DNA of 64,000 nt from an uncultured Chloroflexia bacterium (GCA_963707215.1 CAVPPB010000001.1:96001-160000), one strand, 5' to 3'. Counted from the first letter of the stretch, positions 16,870 through 28,587 are shown. Made by a program: numbers and translations. Notes: generated by a model from the letters alone, not told the origin.

Positions 16870-17273
16870 GCGAGGCGGCCCTCGGACGCTTCTACGAGGA
16901 CGGCGAGGTCATCGTCCGGCAGGGCGATGTGGGCGAGTGCATGTTCGTCATCCAGGACGGCGAGGTCGAGATCGTCCGCGAGGAGGACGGGCACGAGATC
17001 CACGTCGGATCGGCCGGCCGCAACGAGGTCCTCGGCGAGATGGCGATCTTCGACCGCCAGCCCAGGTCGGCGACGATCAAGGCCAAGGGCCGTGCCCGGG
17101 TGCTCACCCTCGACAAGCGGAACTTCCTGCGGCGGATCAACGAGGATCCGTCCCTCGCCTTCCGGATGGTCGAGACGATGTCGCACCGCGTCCGGGAGCT
17201 GAACGACCAGGTCGTCGCGCTGCAGGCCCAGCTCGACCAGGGCGACGGGCAACGTGGGCCGGGCGAGGCCTGA
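16866..17273 (+). CDS. Standalone cyclic-nucleotide-binding domain protein
   Basis: IVRQGD, LGEMAIFDRQPRSAT phosphate-binding cassette; ATGA overlap; no HTH. Confidence 0.88.
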   Translation: MSEAALGRFYEDGEVIVRQGDVGECMFVIQDGEVEIVREEDGHEIHVGSAGRNEVLGEMAIFDRQPRSATIKAKGRARVLTLDKRNFLRRINEDPSLAFRMVETMSHRVRELNDQVVALQAQLDQGDGQRGPGEA

Positions 17274-17303
17274 CCGGCGGAGCGCGCCGACGAGCCTGGC
17301 TGC

Positions 17304-18176
17304 CTAGTAGGTGCCGTAGCCCGAGATCGCCAGCGAGCGCGGTGGCTCGACGCTGTCCGACAGGAGCAGCAGGCCCGGCGGAGCGGTCAGCCGCAGCCCC
17401 GAGTCGATCGCCACCCGGACGAGCGACCGGGAGGACCCCGGGATCATGAGTGTCGCCGATGGCCCGCGGCCGAGCTCGGCCCGGAGCGCTGCCGCGGCAC
17501 CGACCTCGTCGAGCCCGCCGAGCGGCCCGATCTTGCCGCTCGGCCAGCGGTACGAGTAGGCGACGGGTTCGCCGTCGCGTCGCCACAGCGTGGGGGCCGC
17601 CTGGGTCGCCCAGTACTCGTGGTCGACCGCGCGGTCGAAGCCGTAGACAGCTTGGTCGAGTCGTGCGAGCGCCGCCGAGTCCGGCTCCCCCGCAACCAGC
17701 CTCGGCGGCCCGTCGACCGCCGCCGTTCCCCCGAAGCCCAGGATCGGCGTGATCGGTAGCATCCCGTGCTTCGTGTACAGGGCATTCGATATCGGCTGGA
17801 TCGCGTCGCTGATCGTCATCCGCTGGCGCGGCGCCCCGGCCATCGCGAGCCCGATCAGCCGACGACCGACGCCCTGCCCCTGGAAGGCGGGGTCGATGAA
17901 CAGCCCGGCCAGGAACCAGGCATCGCCGCGGACCCAGGCCGCCGAGTAGCCCACGACCCGACCCTCGGACTCGGCCACGAAGCAGCGGTCAGCGTCGTTC
18001 CGCAGGAAGTGACGGAAGCCCGGCGCCAGTGCGTCGACCGGGGGCGGCGTCGCCCATCCGAAGCCGTGCCGGTCGAGCAGCTCGCCCTCCGCGGCGAGGA
18101 AGGCAGCGTGCTGGCCGCCGATGTCGCCGTCGGTGGCTGCCCGGTACGAGACACCTGATGCGGTCGAAGCGCTCAT
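17304..18176 (-). CDS. GNAT-family N-acetyltransferase
   Basis: LFIDPAFQGQGVGRRL acetyl-CoA motif. Confidence 0.85.
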   Translation of the reverse strand: MSASTASGVSYRAATDGDIGGQHAAFLAAEGELLDRHGFGWATPPPVDALAPGFRHFLRNDADRCFVAESEGRVVGYSAAWVRGDAWFLAGLFIDPAFQGQGVGRRLIGLAMAGAPRQRMTISDAIQPISNALYTKHGMLPITPILGFGGTAAVDGPPRLVAGEPDSAALARLDQAVYGFDRAVDHEYWATQAAPTLWRRDGEPVAYSYRWPSGKIGPLGGLDEVGAAAALRAELGRGPSATLMIPGSSRSLVRVAIDSGLRLTAPPGLLLLSDSVEPPRSLAISGYGTY

Positions 18177-18363
18177 CGGGAACCCCTCCATCGATCCGGC
18201 GAGGTGAAGCGTACGGCAGCCACCCACCGGCAGGCGGCCGCCGACCGCCGAGACCGGCGTCCCGGGGGAGGCGCGGAGGTCGACCCGTCCGTGCGTGGAC
18301 GGGTCGACGTGTCGTCTCGGACGGTGCCAGGGCCTCGGCGAGCGACGCCTCGGCTTGCCGGCC

Positions 18364-18885
18364 CTAGAAGCCGAGCGACGGCTTCATGACCATGAGCAGG
18401 ACCATGGCGACCGACAAGGCCATGAGGACCAGGCCGTTGCGGCGACTCCGACCGATGTCGGCCAGGAGCTCGGGCGGCGGGCCGCCGGCCGCACCGGGCC
18501 CGGGCGAGGCCAGAGCCGGGATCGGGGCGCCACTTGGAACCTCGCTCAGCCGGATGATGCGAAGGGTCGTCGGCCTCTGGACGAGCCAGGCGATCGCGGT
18601 GGCACCGACATAGAGGACGATCGACAGCAGCAGCCAGCGGTAGGCGGGCTCGAAGACCGGCACGTTCCGCGACCAGATGAGGAGCACGCCGGTCACGCCG
18701 ACGACGACGATCGACGGCTCGACCATGCGGTCGCTGATGGCGTGGGTCAGCCGGGTGGCGAAGTTCGCGAAGCGCGGCTCGCGGCCGCCCATCATCCCGA
18801 TGAGCGGGAAGGCGAATGCGGGCCCCAGCGCCACGATGGAGAACATCGTGTGCAGGAAGAGCAGGAACGGGAACAGCTCGGACAT
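18364..18885 (-). CDS. DUF2269-like membrane protein
   Basis: LLFLH start, four TMs, LMVMKP end. Confidence 0.75.
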   Translation of the reverse strand: MSELFPFLLFLHTMFSIVALGPAFAFPLIGMMGGREPRFANFATRLTHAISDRMVEPSIVVVGVTGVLLIWSRNVPVFEPAYRWLLLSIVLYVGATAIAWLVQRPTTLRIIRLSEVPSGAPIPALASPGPGAAGGPPPELLADIGRSRRNGLVLMALSVAMVLLMVMKPSLGF

Positions 18886-19159
18886 CCTTGACCCTCCGTG
18901 TTTGGTGGTGGGACCCACGGTGTGCCGGGTCGCGTCGCGGGACCATCGCTTCGGGACGAGGACCGGGCGGGACGGATGACGTAGCCGATCGAGGCAAGCA
19001 CGTTCCTGACCTCGGGCCCTAGACCCGCCCCGGACCAGGGAGGCACCCTGAGCCGGACGGGGCCCGGTCGCGCCGCTTCCTCTGTGGCTCCCGTCGCGTC
19101 GAGCCGAGCCGCCGGCGGCCCGCGACGCGCCGGCGTCGCGTCCCGGGAAGGACCGTGCC

Positions 19160-19864
19160 GTGCTCCGCATCATCGTCGTCCTCGCGGGCCTGCTGCTGCT
19201 GGGGGCGACCGTCGCCGGCGCCGTGCTCGCCGCCTCCAAGCCCACCCGGAAGCGTCTCTTCTTCTCGATCGCCGTGCCCCGCGGGCGGGTCGGGCGCCTC
19301 GTCGCCAGGACCATCCCGAACTTCCATCGACCCGTCTACCCGCTGGTGGCCGACGTGCTGGAGCTCGAGCCCGAGGACGACCTCCTCGAGGTCGCCTGTG
19401 GATCCGGTGAGTTCCTTGCCGAGCACGCCGAGCACGTCGGCCGGATCACCGGCCTCGACCTGTCGCCCGTCGAGGTCAGCCTGGCTCGCGAGCTGCACGC
19501 GGCCCGGATCGAGGCCGGGACGGCCGAGATCCTCGAGGGGGATGCGGCCGCGCTGCCGTGGGAGGATGGCCGCTTCAGCGCCGTCACCTGCATGGGCAGC
19601 CTCGAATTCTTCGAGCAGCCCCAGGGGGCGATCCGCGAGATGCTGCGGGTCCTCCGGCCCGGCGGCCGGGCCGTCCTGACGATCGGTTGGCGGAGCGACG
19701 ATCAGAAGGAGTCGGGCGCGACGGACGCCCTTGGGCTCTGGAGCTGGACCGAGGCTGACGTGCGCCGGATGATGGCCGAGGCGGGGTTCAGCGACGTCAG
19801 CGTGACCTACGGGCCGTGGGGCGGCCAGGAGGCGCGGTTGGTCCGCGGCGTCAAGGCAGTCTAG
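19160..19864 (+). CDS. Class I SAM-dependent methyltransferase
   Basis: LLEVACGSG, GDAAALPW, EMLRVLRPGG. Confidence 0.88.
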   Translation: MLRIIVVLAGLLLLGATVAGAVLAASKPTRKRLFFSIAVPRGRVGRLVARTIPNFHRPVYPLVADVLELEPEDDLLEVACGSGEFLAEHAEHVGRITGLDLSPVEVSLARELHAARIEAGTAEILEGDAAALPWEDGRFSAVTCMGSLEFFEQPQGAIREMLRVLRPGGRAVLTIGWRSDDQKESGATDALGLWSWTEADVRRMMAEAGFSDVSVTYGPWGGQEARLVRGVKAV

Positions 19865-19942
19865 GGAGAGTCGGTCGCTCGCGGCAGACATGCGACGGCC
19901 CGCCGCTCGCGCGACGGGCCGTCGTTCCGGGGGCGGAGGTGG

Positions 19943-22063
19943 CTAGCCGGTGACCCTCCGCGCGCTGGCTGACATCGGCGTCATCTCCGGTGGCTGGCCC
20001 GGCTGCACGGGACCGATCCGGAACGGCCGCATCATCTCGTTGTCCTCGTGCTCGACGATGTGGCAGTGCCAGACGTACTGGCCGGGCACCATGAACCGGG
20101 CCCGCACCCGGGTGACCTGTCCGGGATACGCGATGACCGTGTCCTTGAAGCCGGTCTCCCATGGCTCGGGCGGGGTGACCAGGCCATCGAGCTGGATCGG
20201 CTCCACCACCTCGTCGTCCTCGTCGAGGACGAGGCCCTCCCGATCCACGACTTCGAAGACGACCTCGTGGACGTGCATCGGGTGGGCATCGCCGGTCGTG
20301 TTGTAGAACTCCCAGACCTCGGTGGCACCGACAGCCGGGTTCTCGGTGACGGGCTCCATCCACAGGCGCTCCGTGGCCTCGCCGGAGTCGACGGTCCCGA
20401 GGAGCGCTTCGACCGGGCCCTCGAGCTCGTTGCCGTTGGCGTCGTATCCCATCCCCATCTTCTCGATGAGGGCGAGGGGGCGCGTGACGGTCTCCGGGGG
20501 CAGCGGCACGATGGCCGGCAGCTGGAGGAACTGCGGCGGGGTCGAGTCATCCACGAGATCGAGCGAGGGGACGACCCGGAACTGCATGACCTGCCCGCTC
20601 GACCCCGGATCTGCTGGATCGAAGTCGACACCGGGGACGCCGCCGCCGAACGGCTCGTCGGGTCCCACGTTGCCGAGCACGTAGTTCCCGAGCGGGACGT
20701 TCGTGAAGTCGACGATGACGTCGGCCCGCTCGGCCAGTCCCATGAGGAGCCGATTGCCGTGATCGGCCGTGATGTTGACCGGGGCGGCGAGGAAGCCGCC
20801 CTCGTTCCCGATCTGCCAGACCTCGACGCCGGGGACCTGGTTGAAGTCGAGGATCAGGAAGCGTGACTGGCATCCGTTGAGGAAGCGGAACCGGTAGCGG
20901 CGCTGCTCGACCGTCTGGTACGGCCAGGTGTTGCCGTTGGCGATGATCATGTTGCCGAAGAACTCGGGGTTCCAGATCGGCGAGAACTCCCCGTCCGGGA
21001 TGTACGGGCTGGCGATCCCGTCGAAGAACTCGCGGGTGTCCGGGTAGAAGAGCGAGCCGTCCGCGTTGAACGAGCGGTCCTGGATGGCGATCGCGATCTC
21101 TCGGTACGGCTTGTTGGATGGGAACTTGTCATTCGCGCTCGGCGCCGGGCCCGGCAGGCTCGCCGGCTTCCCGGTCCGGCTGTCGAGGCAGACATCGTCA
21201 GGCCCGCCGCGGATGAGGTAGAAGCCGGCCGGACCGGCGTAGACGTTGAGCCGGGTCATCCCGAGGGTGTGGTCGTGGTACCAGATCGTAGACGCACGGT
21301 TGTCGTTCGGGTACATGAAGGTGGCGGAGCCGGGACCCCAGGCCTCGCCGTAGCTCGCCAGTGCCTTGTCCCTGAAGAAGTCGTACCAGGTGCCCTCGGT
21401 CGCGTAGCCGCCCGGGATGTCGTCGGCATCGGGCAGGTACCACGCCTCGGCGTAGCCGTCGCTTTCGTCGCCCACGCCGACGGCGCCGTGGACATGGGTG
21501 ACCATCGGGACCGGCCCCATGTAGGCGCCCGGTGTCGGCATGCCTGTGTAGTCGGGGCGCGTATCGCGGCCGGCCGTGCCGCCCGGCGGGTTCGCCCAAT
21601 GGAGCGTCGGATCGACCGGCAGCAGGTGCGAGCGGTACGTCCCGTCGGTGTTCTTGAGATCGTTGATCCACTTGACGACGACCGGGCGCTGCCACATCGC
21701 CTCGATCGTCAAGGACGGCGCATTGTGGATGAGCAGGCCGCGCTTGCTCCTCGATGCCACCGCTCCGTATCCCCAGACCGGCGTCGGAGCGAAGCCGAGC
21801 GGCAGGATCTGCTGCGGGAACTGCCTGACCGAGATCTCGTAGTAGTCGGCGTTCTTGCCGCCGGGCATCTTCTTCGTCCCCGCCGTCGGCATGACCGGCG
21901 GGATAAGCATCGGCGTCTGGTACTTGGGGACGGAGTTCGGGTCGAGCGTCCCGCCGGGGATCTGGGCGAGCGCGACCTTCACGCCCCCGACGTACTGGTA
22001 CAGGATCAGGCCGGTGCCCGCCGCGGCGGAGCCTACGAGGAACTGGCGCCTGGAAAGTGGCAT
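19943..22063 (-). CDS. Tat-exported multicopper oxidase (CotA/bilirubin oxidase-like)
   Basis: SRRQFL Tat motif; HVHG, WYHDH, HPMHVH, WHCHIVEHEDNEMM copper ligands. Confidence 0.93.
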   Translation of the reverse strand: MPLSRRQFLVGSAAAGTGLILYQYVGGVKVALAQIPGGTLDPNSVPKYQTPMLIPPVMPTAGTKKMPGGKNADYYEISVRQFPQQILPLGFAPTPVWGYGAVASRSKRGLLIHNAPSLTIEAMWQRPVVVKWINDLKNTDGTYRSHLLPVDPTLHWANPPGGTAGRDTRPDYTGMPTPGAYMGPVPMVTHVHGAVGVGDESDGYAEAWYLPDADDIPGGYATEGTWYDFFRDKALASYGEAWGPGSATFMYPNDNRASTIWYHDHTLGMTRLNVYAGPAGFYLIRGGPDDVCLDSRTGKPASLPGPAPSANDKFPSNKPYREIAIAIQDRSFNADGSLFYPDTREFFDGIASPYIPDGEFSPIWNPEFFGNMIIANGNTWPYQTVEQRRYRFRFLNGCQSRFLILDFNQVPGVEVWQIGNEGGFLAAPVNITADHGNRLLMGLAERADVIVDFTNVPLGNYVLGNVGPDEPFGGGVPGVDFDPADPGSSGQVMQFRVVPSLDLVDDSTPPQFLQLPAIVPLPPETVTRPLALIEKMGMGYDANGNELEGPVEALLGTVDSGEATERLWMEPVTENPAVGATEVWEFYNTTGDAHPMHVHEVVFEVVDREGLVLDEDDEVVEPIQLDGLVTPPEPWETGFKDTVIAYPGQVTRVRARFMVPGQYVWHCHIVEHEDNEMMRPFRIGPVQPGQPPEMTPMSASARRVTG

Positions 22064-22389
22064 CTGGGGGGCCTCCCTCCCCTATCGACCCCGGTCTCGG
22101 CACTGGGGCGCTGCGAGACGGGTCGGGGGCCGGAGGCGCGCGAGACGCTGGGGGCGTCGGGCAGGCCGTGGGCACGACCGGTCTCTGGACTCGACCACCC
22201 TCCCCCGGGCGGGCTTCCCGCGACGGTAGGCCGGACGTTGTGGCGAGGCACCGTCTATGGGTCCCGACCGCGGGGGCCGGAAGTCATGCCCGGCTGGGGA
22301 TGTGCGCATCCATGCGGCCATCGGGTGGGACGATGTCCGCCGGGCGACCGGGGTAGCATGAGGGGCCCGAACACCCGATAGGAGATCCC

Positions 22390-22983
22390 ATGTTCCGACG
22401 GCTCTTCGGCGACGACCCGACCGCATCGGGATCCTCGGCGCCGTCCGGCGGCGACGCCGCCGCGCCCGCCGGCTCGGCCGCCGAGACCGCCACGGTCCGC
22501 CAGATCGTCGGCCGACTCGAATCCCTGCCGCCCGACCGGGCCCGCTACATCGCCTGTGCCGCCTACGTCGTGACCCGGGCGGCCAACGCGGACATGCTCA
22601 TCGCACCCGAAGAGACCGCGTTCCTGGAGAAGGCCCTCCAGGACTATGCCGGGCTCGACGAGGCCCAGTCGGTCCTGGTGATCGAGATGGCGAAGCTCCA
22701 GGCGATGACCGTCGGCGGGACCGAGGACTACCTGGTGACCCGCGAGTTCCGCAAGGTCTCGACGCTCGAGCAGCGCCGCAACGTCCTGCGGGCCTGCCTG
22801 GTGGTTGCCGCGGCCGACGACACGATCACGGCGGAGGAGAGCGCGGTCGTCAACCAGATCGCCAGCGAGCTCGACATCGACCAGCCGGAGCTGTCGGCCA
22901 TGCGGGCCGAGTTCACCGACAAGTTCGCTGCCATCCAGGCCGCCCATCGGGCCGTCAAGGAGCATCGGCTGCCCGAGGGCTGA
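22390..22983 (+). CDS. TerB-family protein
   Basis: VAAADDTITAEE...IASEL repeats typical of TerB-like fold. Confidence 0.7.
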   Translation: MFRRLFGDDPTASGSSAPSGGDAAAPAGSAAETATVRQIVGRLESLPPDRARYIACAAYVVTRAANADMLIAPEETAFLEKALQDYAGLDEAQSVLVIEMAKLQAMTVGGTEDYLVTREFRKVSTLEQRRNVLRACLVVAAADDTITAEESAVVNQIASELDIDQPELSAMRAEFTDKFAAIQAAHRAVKEHRLPEG

Positions 22984-23043
22984 TCCCACCCCGGCCGACC
23001 GGCGAGGGCCGCAACGCAGCCGCCCGTCCGGCGTCTCCTTGCC

Positions 23044-24111
23044 ATGACCGGGTCGAACGGCCAGACGACACCTCGGCCACCGACCGCCCGGGCGTCGGGT
23101 CGGCGCCGCGGTCGACTCGTGGGCGTCGGGCTGGCGGTCGTCGGGCTGGTCGGGCTGGCGGTCCTCGTCGGCTACCTCGGCATCGGCGCCATCGCCTACG
23201 ACCACCTGTCCAGCCTGGAGCCACAGGCCGCCGGACGCTGGCCGGGCCAGGATCCGTCCAACTTCGAGGCCCGTCGCGACCCCGTGAGCGGCGAGATCCG
23301 GCTCGACGCGACGGCATACCGCTTCACCGACTTCACCGACGTTGACTTCCCGAGTCGCGACGACATCGGCCTGACGATCCGGGCCTGGTTCGCCCCCACC
23401 GCCGCTGGCACCGACGCACCGGTCGTCATCGTCGTCCACGGCAAGGGCTCGAGCCGCCGCGACCCCGTCGTGCTGCTGCCGGCCGGCATGCTCCACCGGG
23501 CGGGCTTCGCGGTGCTTGTGCCCGACCTCCGAGACCACGGCGATTCGGACGTGGAGGACATGCGCTGGGCCGGTGGCGTCGAGGAGTACCTCGACGTCCT
23601 TGGAGCCTTCGACTGGCTCGTGGCCCACGGCTACGACCCCGACCGGATCGGCCTCATGGGCTCGTCGCTTGGGGCCGCGACGATCACGATCGCGATGGGC
23701 CAGGAAGCGGCCGTCGCCGCGACCTGGGCCGACAGCTCGTACTCGGAGTTCGACGTGGCCGCCCGGGAGTACACGGTCAACGGCGGCTACCCCGAGTGGG
23801 TCTTCGGGGCCGGGGTGCTCATGGGGCGGATCCTCAGCGGCGATGAGCTCGGAGCGCTGGATCCGGCCGATGCGCTCACCCGGCTGGCGGGTCGGCCCTA
23901 CGCCATCACCCACTGCGACGCGGACCGGACCGTCTACGTCCACCACGCCGGCGAGAACGCAGCCATCGCAGCCGCGGCCGGCACCGCGGTCACCCCGTGG
24001 ATCCTGCCGGGGTGCGGACACGTGGAGGGGATGTTCGTCGAGCCGGTCGAGTACGAGGCCCGCCTGCTTCGCTTCTTCCACGACGCGCTGGCCGGCCCCG
24101 ACACCGGGTAG
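23044..24111 (+). CDS. Membrane-anchored alpha/beta hydrolase
   Basis: VVHG, DLRDHGDS, GSSLG nucleophile elbow, GH near C-terminus. Confidence 0.85.
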   Translation: MTGSNGQTTPRPPTARASGRRRGRLVGVGLAVVGLVGLAVLVGYLGIGAIAYDHLSSLEPQAAGRWPGQDPSNFEARRDPVSGEIRLDATAYRFTDFTDVDFPSRDDIGLTIRAWFAPTAAGTDAPVVIVVHGKGSSRRDPVVLLPAGMLHRAGFAVLVPDLRDHGDSDVEDMRWAGGVEEYLDVLGAFDWLVAHGYDPDRIGLMGSSLGAATITIAMGQEAAVAATWADSSYSEFDVAAREYTVNGGYPEWVFGAGVLMGRILSGDELGALDPADALTRLAGRPYAITHCDADRTVYVHHAGENAAIAAAAGTAVTPWILPGCGHVEGMFVEPVEYEARLLRFFHDALAGPDTG

Positions 24112-24164
24112 CCGACCCGGAAGCCGTGCGGGCGCAGCGGCGGCGACCCGCCCCGCCCTGCGGC

Positions 24165-27100
24165 TCAGCCGAGCTGCAACTCCACCAGGCCCTCGCCCAG
24201 CCGCCGCCGGACCTCGGCGAGCAGCTCCGCGTCGTAGGCGACGCCCCGGCGGAGCTCCATCGGCAGCGGATCGCCGCTGCCGGAAGGTACGTGGAGGACG
24301 ACCCTCGTCGGCCCGGGCCGCCCCCGAAGCACCGTCCGGAACGCCTCCATCGCGGAGACGAGTCGGTCCGGGCCGGCGTGGGCCGAGAAGTGCACGTGGA
24401 GGACGTTGGCCGGCCCCGCATCGAGCGCCGGCGTCGGTCCCGCCGCCGAGGCGGCGGCGGACGCGCGAACCTCATCGGGAAGGGCCGGCTCGTCGTCGCG
24501 GTCGGGGGCGGCGATCCGGGCACCCTCGGGCTCGCTGTACGTCGGGATCGGGTCGCCCGGGGCGATCGCCGGGAGGACCCCGAGCGCATCGGCGCTCGGG
24601 GGACGGGCCTCCGGCCGAAGGGGCGACACGTACGGGACGCCGGGTCGCGGCATCGGGCGGGCCGGCGCGGTCGTCTCGGCCACGGGAGCGGTAGGGGGGA
24701 CGGGCCGTCCGGCGGCCGCCTCCGGCACGACCCGCGCGACGCGGCCGGTACCGGACGCCCCTGGGGAGGCGGGCGCCGCTGCCACGACCGGAGCCGCTCG
24801 CTCCCCGCCGTTCCCGACCCGGCCGGCCGGACCCGGACCGTTGCCGCCGGGACCGCCGCCGCCCCGACGTCGGGGAGCGCCCCGGTCACCTGCCGAGACC
24901 TCACGGGCGAAGGCCTCGGGCCCGCGGGCCTGGGCACTCTCCCACTCGGTCACCAGGTCGGCGAGGAGGGACACGTCCTCGCCGCGATGATCGATCCGGC
25001 CCGCGACCAGGAGGATCGCGCCTTCCTGCCAGACCGGTCCGGTAGCCTCCCAGGTCCGCGGGAAGACGACGACCTCGATGGAGCCCTGGACGTCCTCGAG
25101 GGTCGCCACGGCCATCGTCTGGCGGGCCTTGGTGACGACCGTTCGGAGCCCGGTCACGATGCCCGCCACGACGACCCGCTGACCGTCGAGCGACTCGTCG
25201 CCGAGGTCCGTGCTGTAGGCCGTCACGAACGGTCCGACGTGCTCGGCGATCTCGCCCATCGGGTGCTCGGACAGATAGAGCCCCAGGAGCTCCTTCTCCC
25301 AGCGGAGCCGCTCCCGGACCGGCAACTCCGGAGTCGAGGGAAGGGGGCGCTCCAGGCCGGTCGCCTCGTCGGCCGCCAGCTCGAAGAGCGAGGCCTGTCC
25401 GGTGGCCCGGTCGCGCTGGGCGGCCTGACCGGCGGCCAGCGCATCGTCGAGCCCGGCGATCACCTGGGCGGGATGGCCCAGCGCGTTGAGGGCCCCCACC
25501 CGGGCCAGCGACTCGACGACCTTGCGGTTGGCCAGCCGGAGGTCGATCCGGCCGCAGAAGTCGGTCAGGGAGCTGAACGGGCCGTCGGCCTCGCGAGCCG
25601 CGATGATCGACTCGATCGCACCCTCGCCGACGTTCTTCACGGCCAGGAGGCCGAAGCGGATGGCGTCCCCCTCGACGGTGAACTCGAGGTGGCTGGCGTG
25701 GATGTCGGGCGGGCGGACCTCGATGCCCAGGCGGCGGCACTCGGCGATCGCCGCGGCGACCTTCTCGGCGTTGTCCCGGAAGGCCGTCAGGACGGCCGTC
25801 ATGTACTCGACCGTGAAGTTCGCCTTGAGGTAGGCAGTCTCGTAGGCGACCAGGCCGTAGCAGGTGGCGTGGGCCTTGTTGAAGCCGTAGCGCTCGAACG
25901 GCTGGAAGGCCTGGAAGACCGCGTCGATGGTCTGGGCCGGGACGCCCCGCTCGGCCGCCTGGGAGACGAACTTGTCCTTCGAGCGACCGCAGGACCGACG
26001 ACTTCTTCTTGCGGATCGCGTAGCCCAGGGTGTCGGCCTCGGGACCGGTGAAGCCGCCAAGGGCCATGGCCGCGGCCATGATGTCCTCCTGGTAGACGAA
26101 GATCCCGTAGGTCCGCTCCAGGAACGGCTCGAGCAGCGGGTGGAGGTACGTCACCGGCTCCTGGCCGTGCTTGCGCCGGATGTAGGCCGGGATGTTGTCC
26201 ATCGGTCCGGGCCGGTAGAGGGCGACCATGGCCGCCAGGTCGTACACGGACGTCGGTCGCAGCTCGCGGATGTAGCGCCGCATCCCCGCCGACTCCAGCT
26301 GGAAGATGCCGGTCGTCTCGCCCGAGGCGAGCAGCTCGAAGGTCTTCGGGTCGTCGAGGGGGATCCGCTCGATGTCGATCTCGACGCCCTCGTGCTCGCG
26401 GATCAGGTCGATGGCGTGGCGGAGGATGGTCAGGTTCGAGAGGCCCAGGAAGTCGAACTTGAGCAGGCCGAGCGCCTCGACGGCGTGCATCTCGTACTGC
26501 GTCATCAGGGCTTCCGAGTTGGTCGCCTTCTGGAGCGGCATGATCTCGGTCAGCGGCTCGCGGCTGATGACGACCCCGGCGGCGTGGGTCGAGGCGTTCC
26601 GCGCGACGCCCTCGAGCTGCCGGGCCAGGTCGACGAGGCGGCCGACCTGGGGATCGGCATCGACCTGCTCGCGGAGGGCCGGCGCGATCTCGAGGGCCTC
26701 CTCGAGCTTGATCCCGAGCTGGTTGGGCACCGCCTTGGCGATCCGGTCGACCTCGCCGTAGCCGAAGCCGAGGACCCGGCCGACGTCGCGGATGGCGGCC
26801 CGGGCCAGCATCGTGCCGAAGGTGATGATCTGGGCGACGTGGTCCTGCCCGTACTTCCGGGTGACGTAGGCGATGACCTCGTCGCGCCGGCCGTCCTCGA
26901 AGTCGACGTCGATGTCCGGCATCGTCACCCGGTCGGGGTTCAGGAAGCGCTCGAAGGGCAGCCCGTAGCCGATCGGGTCGACCGGCGTGATGCCGAGCGT
27001 GTAGGTCACGATCGAGCCGGGCGCGGAACCCCGGCAGGTGGTGTAGATGCCCGACTCACGGGCGAAGCGGACGAAGTCGGCCACGATCAGGAAGTAGCCG

Positions 27101-28120
27101 GCGTAGCCCATCGAGGTGATGACGCCGAGCTCGTAGTCGAGCCGCTGGCGGAGCTCCGGGGTCACCTCGCCGTAGCGCCAGGCCAGGCCCGCGCTCGCAC
27201 TCGCTTGCGGAGCCAGCTCTCGACGGTCTCGCCGTCGGGCACCGGGAAGTGCGGGATCCGCGAGACGTCGAGCGGTAGCGTCGACGTCGCACATCTCGGC
27301 GATCCGCGCGGGTGTTGAGGATGGCCTCGCGCTGGTCCGGGAAGAGGGCCGCCATCTCGGCCGCGCTCTTGAGGTAGAACTCCTGCGTCTCGAAGCGGAG
27401 GCGGCCCGGCGTGTCGAGGTTGCTGCCCGTCCCGACGCAGAGGAGGACGTCGTGCGCCTCCGCCTGGGCCTGGCGGACGTAGTGGAGGTCGTTCGTCACG
27501 ACGAGGGGCAGGCCGATCTCCGGGGCGAGCTCGCAGGAGCTGCCCGTTGAGGCGGCGCTGCTCGGGCAGGCCGTGGTCCTGGAGCTCGAGGTAGAAGCCG
27601 TCCGGCCCGAAGATGTCCGAGTACTCGCCGGCAACCGTTGCGGGCCAGCTCCCGGTCCTCGACCTCGAGCGCCTTGGGCGATCTCGCCGCCGAGGCAGGC
27701 GGACAGGCCGATCAGACCCGCGCTGTGGCGGGCCAGGTGCTCCCGGTCGATCCGCGGCTTGTAGTAGTAGCCGTCGACGTGGGCGTCGGTGATGAGCCGG
27801 CAGAGGTTCTGATAGCCGGTCCAGTCGCGGGCCAGGAGGACCAGGTGGTGGGGCTGGGCGTCGGCCTTGCCCTCCTTGTCGGTCATCGACCGCCGGGCGA
27901 CGTAGGTCTCGACCCCGAGGATGGGTCGGATGCCCTTGGCGGTCGCGGCCTGGTAGAAGGCGACCGCGCCGTAGAGCGCCCCGTGGTCGGTCAGGGCCAG
28001 GCTGTCGAAGCCCTGCGCCGCCGCCGCGTCGACGAGATCGGGGATCCGCCCGAGGCCGTCGAGGAGGCTGAACTCCGAGTGGACGTGGAGGTGGGTGAAG
28101 TCGTTGGGGGCCAGGGTCAC
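24165..28120 (-). CDS. dnaE: DNA polymerase III alpha subunit (several apparent frameshifts)
   Basis: HLHVHSEFSLLDG PHP domain, RGSAPGS, MPDIDVDF, YGFNKAHA, OB fold, spread over three ORFs. Confidence 0.93.
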
Positions 28121-28173
28121 GGGAGCCTTATGGTAGCCGAGCCCGATCGCCCGGGATGGGTCATCATCGGGTC

Positions 28174-28587
28174 GTGGATCCGCGAGCCCATCCCCCCGGC
28201 ACCGACGACGAGGTCGACTTCGAGGCGCTCGTCGTCCGGGCCCTCGACGAGCTGCCCGAGGAGTTCCGCCAGCGCCTCGGGACGGTCGCCGTGGTGGTCC
28301 AGGACGAGCCGACGGCCGCCCAGCTGGCCCGCACCCGGGCCGGTGGGCTGCTGGGGCTCTACGAGGGCGTGCCGCGGACCGTCTTCGGGGCCACGCTCGC
28401 CCCGGTCGCCAGCAAGATCACGATCTTCCGGGGGCCGCACGTGCGGCGATTCCGCACTCGAGCCGCGCTCGAGGACGCCGTCGGCGAGACCGTTCGGCAC
28501 GAGGTCGCCCACCACTTCGGGATCTCGGACGCCCGGCTCGGGGAGCTCGCGTCCGAGCGTCGGCGCCAGCGCGGCGGCTACCGCTAG
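28174..28587 (+). CDS. Zincin-like metallopeptidase family protein
   Basis: LLGLYEGVP and HEVAHHFGISD. Confidence 0.85.
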   Translation: MDPRAHPPGTDDEVDFEALVVRALDELPEEFRQRLGTVAVVVQDEPTAAQLARTRAGGLLGLYEGVPRTVFGATLAPVASKITIFRGPHVRRFRTRAALEDAVGETVRHEVAHHFGISDARLGELASERRRQRGGYR

